43,013 bases of DNA from Candidatus Lambdaproteobacteria bacterium (lineage in GTDB: Bacteria > SAR324 > JACQKK01), in NCBI GenBank assembly GCA_016199125.1, contig JACQHH010000011.1:1-43013 (forward strand). The letters are read 5' to 3'. This document shows positions 36,635 through 43,013 of this stretch, piece by piece; position 1 is the stretch's first letter, and every line of letters begins with the position of its first letter. The translations under genes were made by a program, and so were the position numbers. The notes beneath the pieces were generated by a model. It saw only the letters and a list, made by a program, of their open reading frames with translations, was not told the DNA's origin and searched no databases.

Positions 36635-37771
36635 ATGGATTTTCAGTTCAGCCCCGAGCACGAGCAGATCCGCGAAACCGTGCGGCGCTTCTCGCAAAAC
36701 GAGATCGCCCCGCTGGTGGAGGAAGCGGAAGAGACGGAGACCTTTCCGCGCGAGATCTTCAAGAAGTGGGCGGCGCTGGGCCTGCTGGGCGTACGCTACC
36801 CGGAAGAGGACGGCGGCACGGGCTTCGACAAGATCTCCGACTGCATCGTGCGCGAAGAGACCAGCCGCGTGTCCCAGACCTTCGCGGCCACCTGGTCGGC
36901 CCACACGCACCTGGGCATCTGGCCGCTGTGGAAGGGCGGGACGCGGGAGCAGAAGGAGCGCTTCTTCAAGCCCGCGCTGCGCGGGGAGCTGCTCAGCGGC
37001 TTCGGCCTGAGCGAGCCGGACGGCGGCTCGGACATCCGGGCCCTGCGCACGCGCGCGGACAAGGTGGAAGGCGGCTACCGGCTCAACGGCAGCAAGACCT
37101 TCATCACCAACGCCCCCTTTGCCGATTTTCTCATGCTCGCGGCGCGCACGCGCCCGGAGCTGACGGCCGACGCGGTGAGCCTGTTCATCGTGGAGCTGCC
37201 CAACCCGGGCTTCGCCATCAGCAAGCTGAAGAAGGAGAGCATCCGCGGCTCGGAGACGGGCCTGATCTACATCGAGGATGCCTTTGTGCCGGACGACTGC
37301 CTGCTGGGCGGACGCGAAGGCACCTATCCCATCATCCTGGATTCGCTGGCCGAGAACCGGGTGGGCATCTCCGCCAACTGCCTGGGCATGGCCAAGGCCG
37401 CCTTCGAAGCCTCGTGCACCTACGCGCGCACGCGCGTGGTGCGCGGCAAGACCATCGGCAAGTACCAGGCCATCGCGCACAAGCTGGCCAACATGGCGGC
37501 GGAAATCGAGGCCATGCAGTGGCTGGTGTACTACGGCGCCTGGCGCGTGGACCAGGGCACCATGGACATCGTCACCGCGGCCAAGGTGAAGCTCATCGCC
37601 AGCGAGGCGGCGGTGCGCATCAGCGAGGAGGCCATCCGCATCCACGGCGGCTCGGGCCTCATGCGCGAAACCGGGCTGGGCCGCATCCACCGCGACAGCC
37701 TCGTGTACATCATCGGCGAGGGCACCAGCGAGATCCAGCGCAACATCATCGCCCGCGACCTGAACCTCTAG
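36635..37771 (+). CDS. acyl-CoA dehydrogenase
   Basis: Starts MDFQFSPEHEQIRETVRRF...; GFGLSEPDGGSD, YRLNGSKTFITN, IHGGSGLMRE, IGEGTSEIQRNIIAR. Confidence 0.9.
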   Translation: MDFQFSPEHEQIRETVRRFSQNEIAPLVEEAEETETFPREIFKKWAALGLLGVRYPEEDGGTGFDKISDCIVREETSRVSQTFAATWSAHTHLGIWPLWKGGTREQKERFFKPALRGELLSGFGLSEPDGGSDIRALRTRADKVEGGYRLNGSKTFITNAPFADFLMLAARTRPELTADAVSLFIVELPNPGFAISKLKKESIRGSETGLIYIEDAFVPDDCLLGGREGTYPIILDSLAENRVGISANCLGMAKAAFEASCTYARTRVVRGKTIGKYQAIAHKLANMAAEIEAMQWLVYYGAWRVDQGTMDIVTAAKVKLIASEAAVRISEEAIRIHGGSGLMRETGLGRIHRDSLVYIIGEGTSEIQRNIIARDLNL

Positions 37772-37827
37772 GCCCGGAAATCCCGCTTGCAGGGCGCCTT
37801 GGCGCCCCGCGTGGGCGCCGCGCGGCG

Positions 37828-37856
37828 TTGACATCGCCGGGGCAAGGGACGAAAAT
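37828..37856 (+). promoter_or_regulatory. candidate sigma70-type promoter preceding a ~290-nt leader of the thioesterase gene
   Basis: Perfect TTGACA (37828-37833), a 17-nt spacer, then GAAAAT (37851-37856). Confidence 0.4.
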
Positions 37857-38155
37857 CAAAGTGGGGGAACCGCGCCAGCGAGGCGCGGCCCGCGCGCCGG
37901 GCGAGTCCCGGCAGGACTTGGGAAAGGCGACCGATGGGAGGTGTGACAGACGAGCCGCAGGTGTCGCCCCAGAGGCGGCACTGAGTGCCGGAGCAAAGCT
38001 CCGAAGAACGTCCCCGTGAGGACAAGCCGTTGCTCGAGATGACACAACGGCGCCCAAGCCAGCCCTCCGCCGGGACCCCATGGCCAGGGGTCGCGCCGGG
38101 GGGCAATCCATTTCGTGCGCCGGCCCGGGCGCCGTAGACATTCTTGCGAGGTGCC

Positions 38156-38578
38156 ATGGCCATGCTCAAGCGCGAACCCGGCTGGAACCCCTTCGTGGAA
38201 TCCATCGGCCTGCACATTCAATCGGCGGAGGGCGGGACGTGCCGGGGGGAGTTGGAAATCGTGCCGACGCTGCACAACCCCTTCCAGAGCGTGCACGGCG
38301 GCGCCGTGTTCAGCATGGCCGACTGCTGCATGGCCGAGGCCGTGTTCAGCCTGCTCGGCGAGGGCCAGATCTGCAGCACCATCGAGAACAAGGTCAACTT
38401 CATCCACGGCGCCGGCGGCGGGCGCCTGCGCTGCGAAGCCCAGGTGCAGCACCGGGGCCGCAGCACGGCCGTGGCGACTGCCACGGTCAGCGATGGCGCG
38501 CGCGTGATTGCCCGGCTGCAAGGCACCTTTGCCATCCTCGACCGTGCAACGCACGCGACTCCGCCCGGCCGGCCCTAG
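38156..38578 (+). CDS. PaaI-family hotdog thioesterase
   Basis: GAGGTG RBS. SVHGGAVFSMADCCMAEAV and TIENKVNFIHG are typical of the PaaI/4HBT class. Confidence 0.85.
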   Translation: MAMLKREPGWNPFVESIGLHIQSAEGGTCRGELEIVPTLHNPFQSVHGGAVFSMADCCMAEAVFSLLGEGQICSTIENKVNFIHGAGGGRLRCEAQVQHRGRSTAVATATVSDGARVIARLQGTFAILDRATHATPPGRP

Positions 38579-39483
38579 GCCGTGGCCCGCCGCCCGGTGA
38601 CAAAGTAGATGCCGCCGAAGATCAGGGCGATGCCCAGGGCGTGATAAAGGTGCGGCTGCTCGCCCAGGAAGGCCACGGCCATCGCCGCGGTGAAGACCGG
38701 GATCAGGTGCAGGAACAGCCCCGCCCGGTTGGCGCCCACGATGGCCACGGCGCGGTTCCACAGCCAGTAGGCCAGCACCGAGCCCAGCAGGCTCACGTAG
38801 AGGATGGTGCCCAGGGTCGCGGCGTTGTAGGACGAGCGCGCTCCGGCCAGCTCGTCGTAAATGAACACGGGGAGCAGCAGCAGCGTGCCCACCAGGATGA
38901 TCGCCGCCAGCATGGTGGCCCCCGGCAGCTCCGACTTGTAGCGCCGCAGCAGCACGGTGTACGTGCCCCACATGGGCACCGTCACCAGCGCCACCAGGTC
39001 CCCGGGGTTCATGCGCAGATGGAGCAGCACCGAGGGGTCCCCGCGCGAAATGATGGCCAGCACGCCGATCAGCGAGATCAGCACCCCCAGCCCCTGCCGC
39101 GGCGAAAGGCGCTCGCCGATCCACGCCCAGGCGATGAGCACAATCACGATGGGCGTCATGGAACTGATGATGGACACGTTCATGGCCAGGGTCATGCTCA
39201 GCGCCACGTAGAGCAGGGAGTGGAACAGGGCCACGCCCATCGTCCCCAGCACCACGAACACCTTCCAGTCGCGCAGGATGATGCGCCGTGCAGCCCAGAG
39301 CTGCGGCGCCAGCAGCGGCACGAACACCAGCGACGAGACGCCCCAGCGCCAGAAGTTGAGGGAGACGGGCGTGATCTGCTCGTGCACCGCCCGGGCCAGC
39401 AGGATGTTCCCGGCCCAGATCAGGGCCACCAGGGTCAGGTGGGCATAGGGCGACTCCAACAATCGCCGCGGGCGGATCTTCAT
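38575..39483 (-). CDS. EamA/DMT-family transporter
   Basis: Starts MKIRPRRLL.... Ten hydrophobic spans and duplicated EamA repeats. Its stop overlaps the thioesterase stop by 4 nt (CTAG). Confidence 0.85.
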   Translation of the reverse strand: MKIRPRRLLESPYAHLTLVALIWAGNILLARAVHEQITPVSLNFWRWGVSSLVFVPLLAPQLWAARRIILRDWKVFVVLGTMGVALFHSLLYVALSMTLAMNVSIISSMTPIVIVLIAWAWIGERLSPRQGLGVLISLIGVLAIISRGDPSVLLHLRMNPGDLVALVTVPMWGTYTVLLRRYKSELPGATMLAAIILVGTLLLLPVFIYDELAGARSSYNAATLGTILYVSLLGSVLAYWLWNRAVAIVGANRAGLFLHLIPVFTAAMAVAFLGEQPHLYHALGIALIFGGIYFVTGRRATA

Positions 39484-39583
39484 GCAATGACCTTGCTCGG
39501 GACGTGACGCAGGGGGCGGCAGCCCGCGGCAGGTCCTGGGGCCTGCCCACGGGCCGCGGGAGCGCATCGGGGGTGCCGCGGGG

Positions 39584-42091
39584 CTACCAGATGGCCTCGG
39601 CCGCGCGCAGGCGGGCCAGTTCCGCATCGTCCAGGGCCAGCACCTCGCGCAGCACTTCGTCGGTGTGCTCGCCCATCAACGGGGCGCGGGCGCGCACCCC
39701 GTTGGGTCCGCGCGTGAGGCGCCAGGGGATGCCCGTGTGCGTGCGCACCCCCACCTCGGGATGGGGCAGCCGGCTGAAGAAGCCGCGGGCGTGCAAGTGC
39801 GGATTTTCCGCCAGCTCGCCCGTGTCGATCACCGGGAAGGACGGCACGCCGTGGGATTGCAGCACTTCGGTGGCCTCCCAGCGATCCTGGGTGACCGTCC
39901 ACGTGCTGACGATCTCCTCCAGGGCGCGCTCGTTGGCCTTGCGCGCCGTGGCGGTGGCAAAGCGCGCATCGCCGGCCAGGTCCGCGCGGCCCAGCGCCCG
40001 GCACAGGCCCTGCCATTGCGCCTCGTCGGTCACGGCGATGGAGACCCAGGCGTCGTCGCCAACGCAGCGGAAGCAGTTGTGCGGCGCGTACAGCGGGTCG
40101 CGGTTGCCCAGGTAGGGATAGGGCGGATGCCCCAGCGCCGCATTGATCCAGCCTTCGAAGGCGTTGTTGATCATGGACTCCCACAGGGAGACGTCCACGA
40201 TCTGCCCGCCCCCGTGACGCTGGCGGGCCACCAGGGAAGCCAGCACACCATAGGCGGCGTAGATGCCGGCATTGGGGTCGCCATAGCCGGTGGCCGCGTA
40301 CTGGGGCGGCTCGCTGCCCTGGGGTTCGGCCACCAGCCCGGCAAAGGGCACGACCGTGGGGCCGTAGGCGATGTAGTCCTTGAGCGGGCCGGATTGGCCG
40401 AAGCCGGAGACCGTGACCACGATCATGTTGGGGTTGATGCGCCGCAGCTCCTGCGCACCCAGCCCGAAGCGCTCCATGACCCCCGTGGAAAAGTTGCTCG
40501 CCGCCACGTCGCACACCGCCGCCAGGCGCTTGATCAGCGCCAGGCCCTCGGGGTGCTTGATGTCGATCTGCACGCTCTTCTTGGACTGGGCGTACTCGTT
40601 GAAGAAGCCGCCGCGGTTCAGCCCGCCTTCCATGCCTTCGGGATAGATGGCGAAGCGGCGTGTGAAGTCGGGCCGCAGGGGCGATTCGATCTTGATCACC
40701 TCGGCGCCCAGGTGCGCCATCTGCTCGGTGCAGTGCGGCCCGGCCCAGTACCAGGTCAGATCGAGCACGCGCACACCTTGCAGCGGCAGCCGCGCCGAGC
40801 CGTTGCCCGCCGCGCCATTGCCGGCGACCGGACGCTCCTTGGCCGTGGCCGCGGCTTGCTGGCCCGTTTTGGCCGCTGCGGCTTGCCGGCCCGCTTTGGC
40901 CCCCCGGCCGGCGCCGGCGGCCTGCGTGCCGTTGCGCGCGAGCAGACGCGGGAGTTCGGCCCGAGCCTCGTCCAGCCGCGGGGCCGGCAGGCGCACGTCC
41001 CACCAGCGGTGCTGCAGCACGAAGGGCGGGCCGGGCATGGGAATCTCCCCCGCCACCGGATGCTGCTGGCGATGCACAAAGCCGCGGGCCAGCAGATGCG
41101 CGTTCTCGAACAGGTCCGCCGGCCGGTAGAGCATGGTCGCGCAGATGTGGTTCTGCTGCAGGGCATGGAACAGCTCCTCGGCGCGCCACGTGCTCGTCCA
41201 GGCTTCCAGGAGGGCGTTCATCTCCTCCACGTGCGCGCCGCGGTCCCAGCCGGTGCGGAAGCGCTCGGCCTTGGCCCACTCCGGGTCGCCCATCATGCCC
41301 ACCAGGCGCTGCCACTGGTCTTCCTCCGGACAGACAATGAACAGGTAGCCGTCCTGGCAGCGGTAATATTGCACCGGGGCGAACATGCGCGGCTTGTAGC
41401 GGTTGATCACGCGCCCGGCGTAGGTGAATTCCACGAAGTTCGGGCCGTGGAAAGAAGCATTGACCGAGTGCACCGACAGGTCGATGTGCTCACCCTGCCC
41501 GTGCTCCCGCGCGCCGTAGTGGGCGCCCAAAGCCGCCACCGCCCCGTAGACGCCCCCCTGGATGTCCGCCTGGTGCCCGAAGAACTTCACCGGCGGCTGG
41601 CCCTTGATGTCGATGGGATCGGCGAACACCCAGCTCAGCCCGCTGGCGTGGAACAGGTTGAGGTCCACCGCCGCGAAATCCTTGTAGGGGCCGGTGAGGC
41701 CATAGGGCGTGATGCTGAGCACGACCAGGCGCCGATTGAGCGCCGCAAAGCGCTCGTAGTCCAGGCGCAGGCGCGTCATCTCGCGGGGAATGAAATTGTG
41801 CAGCAGAATGTCGGCCTGCGCCGCCAGCTCGTCCAGGGCGCGCTGGCCCGCGGCGGTCTCCAGGTCCAGCACCACGGAGCGCTTGTTGGCGTTGAGCACC
41901 AGGAACAGGCCGCTGGCCTCGGGGTCGGGCTTGCCGTGGGGAAAGGGGCCCCGCTGGCGGGCCGCGTCGCCTGCGGGCGGCTCCACCTTGACCACGGTCG
42001 CGCCCAGGTCGGCCAGCAGCTTGCCCGCCGCCGGCGCCGAGACCCAGCCCCCCAGCTCCACCACGTTCAGTCCTTGCAAGCCACTTCCCAT
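39584..42091 (-). CDS. tandem-fused family III CoA-transferase (two CaiB/BaiF domains in one 835-aa chain)
   Basis: GGAGGTG RBS. N-half: GLNVVELGGWVSAPAAGKLLADLGATVVKVEPP...HQADIQGG. Ala/Gly/Gln-rich linker (~residues 385-435). C-half: VRVLDLTWYWAGPHCTEQMAHLGAEVIKIESP...GYGDPNAG. Both halves keep the Asp-containing motif. Confidence 0.85.
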   Translation of the reverse strand: MGSGLQGLNVVELGGWVSAPAAGKLLADLGATVVKVEPPAGDAARQRGPFPHGKPDPEASGLFLVLNANKRSVVLDLETAAGQRALDELAAQADILLHNFIPREMTRLRLDYERFAALNRRLVVLSITPYGLTGPYKDFAAVDLNLFHASGLSWVFADPIDIKGQPPVKFFGHQADIQGGVYGAVAALGAHYGAREHGQGEHIDLSVHSVNASFHGPNFVEFTYAGRVINRYKPRMFAPVQYYRCQDGYLFIVCPEEDQWQRLVGMMGDPEWAKAERFRTGWDRGAHVEEMNALLEAWTSTWRAEELFHALQQNHICATMLYRPADLFENAHLLARGFVHRQQHPVAGEIPMPGPPFVLQHRWWDVRLPAPRLDEARAELPRLLARNGTQAAGAGRGAKAGRQAAAAKTGQQAAATAKERPVAGNGAAGNGSARLPLQGVRVLDLTWYWAGPHCTEQMAHLGAEVIKIESPLRPDFTRRFAIYPEGMEGGLNRGGFFNEYAQSKKSVQIDIKHPEGLALIKRLAAVCDVAASNFSTGVMERFGLGAQELRRINPNMIVVTVSGFGQSGPLKDYIAYGPTVVPFAGLVAEPQGSEPPQYAATGYGDPNAGIYAAYGVLASLVARQRHGGGQIVDVSLWESMINNAFEGWINAALGHPPYPYLGNRDPLYAPHNCFRCVGDDAWVSIAVTDEAQWQGLCRALGRADLAGDARFATATARKANERALEEIVSTWTVTQDRWEATEVLQSHGVPSFPVIDTGELAENPHLHARGFFSRLPHPEVGVRTHTGIPWRLTRGPNGVRARAPLMGEHTDEVLREVLALDDAELARLRAAEAIW

Positions 42092-42370
42092 CGCACCTCC
42101 AACGCCTGCGCGTGACCGGCGGAAACCGGCCGCGCGGGCCTCTGATTGACTCCCCCCAATCTTTTTATTGAGCGGGTTTGCGGCCCCGCTTGTCAAGCAT
42201 GGAATGCCCTCAAGCGCGCAAATGCGGCAGAATTGCACGGCTTTGCAGGGGCCCGCGGCGCTCACGTTGCCGGGTGGCGCCGAGGGTTCAGTTTCCGCGC
42301 GGCGATGTGCTATGTACATCCATCACTTGACGAGACTGAGGCACAGGCAACCCACCCCCCGGAGAGCATC

Positions 42371-43013
42371 ATGGGCGCACAGGGCAACGAGGTCATCTAC
42401 GACGTGGTCTGGCCACGCGGCGAAAAATCCCTCACCGTCACGCAACTGGCCAAGCGGCTGGATTCCCTGGAAGGCAAGACCGTCGCGGAGCTGTGGGACT
42501 ACCTGTTCCGTGGCGACGAAATCTTTCCCATCCTGGAAGAGGAGCTGACCAAGCGCTACCCCGGCATCAAGTTCGTGCGCTACGACACCTTCGGCAGCAC
42601 CCACGGCGACGAGGAGCACGCCGTGCTGGCCGCGCTGCCGGCCCAGCTCAAGGAGCTGGGCGTGGATGCGGTAATCTCCGGCATGGCCTGCTGAGGGAGC
42701 TGTACGCCCGCCGTGCTGCGGGCAAGCGCCATTGCCGAAGGGGCCGGAGTGCCCACCGCCTCGCTGACCTGCGAGGGCTTTCTGGGCCAGGCGGCCACGA
42801 CCAGCTCGGGGCTGGGCATGCCCAACCTGCCCGTGGCCAAGGTGCCCGGGCACGTGGACGTGCAGACCCCCGAGGAGCTGCGGGCCAACGTGGTGGCCGT
42901 CACGCTGGATGCCGTGGTCAGCAACCTCACGGTGGATCCGGACGAGGTGCAGGCCGTCTCCGACCCGGGGCCCGGCGACATCGTGTTCCAGGGCACCTTC
43001 GAGGAGGTGATCA
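42371..43013 (+). CDS. C-U-G-S-C motif protein with in-frame TGA (42692-42694); probable selenoprotein of the 'UGSC' type; 3' end lies outside the window
   Basis: GGAGAG RBS then ATG 42371. ...GVDAVISGMAC-TGA-GSCTPAVLRASAIAEGAGVPTASLTCEGFLGQ...NLPVAKVPGHVDVQTPEEL.... The frame stays open for ~106 codons after the TGA up to base 43013, with the same GC3-rich codon usage. Confidence 0.7.
42706..42723 (+). promoter_or_regulatory. candidate bacterial SECIS hairpin for the TGA at 42692
   Basis: GCCCGC/GCGGGC forms a perfect 6-bp G-C-rich stem with loop CGUGCU. The stem starts 11 nt after the TGA and the loop starts 20 nt from the U of UGA. Confidence 0.55.

Noticed and set aside
37860-38140. Tried to match the thioesterase leader to the cobalamin, TPP, glycine, c-di-GMP-I, fluoride, ZTP, SAH and guanidine-I/II/III riboswitches and to RNase P, SRP, tmRNA and tRNA-Sec.
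   Set aside because: Only short partial resemblances were found (for example GGGAAAGGC, GGCACUG, AGGACAAG), in the wrong order or context. No class consensus is satisfied, so no named RNA family is claimed.
38575-38578. 4-nt overlap (CTAG) of the convergent stop codons of the PaaI thioesterase and EamA genes.
   Set aside because: It is real in the sequence, but it is a trivial consequence of the palindromic TAG/CTA. No functional claim is made.
39665-42115. 816-aa plus-strand ORF, together with similar long ORFs at 2065..3258(-), 3174..4958(-), 8007..9290(-), 9462..10499(-), 14538..15863(-), 20155..21507(-), 21404..22672(+), 23928..25985(+), 25282..27060(+) and 36221..37834(-).
   Set aside because: All lie antisense to ORFs with clear family motifs, have Arg/Gly/Pro/His-rich low-complexity translations and lack RBS-linked starts. 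These are typical stop-codon-poor shadow frames of ~70% GC DNA.
1-43013. Looked for tRNA T-loop motifs (GGTTCGA / TCGAACC), CRISPR-like spaced repeats, IS terminal inverted repeats and rRNA signatures.
   Set aside because: The only TTCGAA-type matches fall inside well-supported coding regions (about 1290, 1820 and 26920). No regularly spaced repeats were seen. This was an eye-scan only and could miss degenerate elements.

Overview
High-GC (roughly 68-70% by eye) gene-dense bacterial chromosomal segment with about 40 supportable CDS on both strands. It opens inside the 3' end of dnaE. The rest is mostly accessory redox and acyl-CoA metabolism: three SDRs, two crotonases, a split MaoC hydratase pair, an acyl-CoA dehydrogenase, a PaaI thioesterase, a carboxyltransferase, two luciferase-like (LLM) oxidoreductases, a flavin reductase, EthD, two MDR quinone oxidoreductases and two aminotransferases. 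Transport and envelope genes include two MFS, two EamA/DMT, an orphan LivK-type binding protein, a dCache chemoreceptor and several secreted or outer-membrane proteins. I recognised no rRNA, tRNA, CRISPR array, transposase, integrase or transcription factor. Many long ORFs in the track are antisense or N-terminally over-extended shadow ORFs typical of high-GC DNA, and I trimmed or rejected them. Main result: two genes are split by the ORF caller at an in-frame TGA that sits exactly on a redox-active Cys position. Each TGA is followed after 11-12 nt by a stable hairpin with a G-containing apical loop, which is bacterial SECIS geometry. One is a DsbA/FrnE-like oxidoreductase (TGA 6249-6251, motif FSDYV-U-PWCY). 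The other is a protein with a C-U-G-S-C motif (TGA 42692-42694) that stays open for more than 100 codons to the window edge; it lies divergent from a single-chain tandem fusion of two family III CoA-transferase domains. These are most simply read as selenoproteins. Secondary observations: a ~0.77 kb low-GC (~48%) island carrying one orphan membrane protein and flanked by a 16/17 nt direct repeat; tandem paralogous small beta-barrel proteins next to an orphan CbbQ/MoxR-type AAA+ ATPase; tandem SDR paralogs with a near-identical DNA tract; and a promoter-like site followed by a ~290 nt structured leader upstream of the thioesterase. All family assignments rest on motif recognition by eye, not on database searches.
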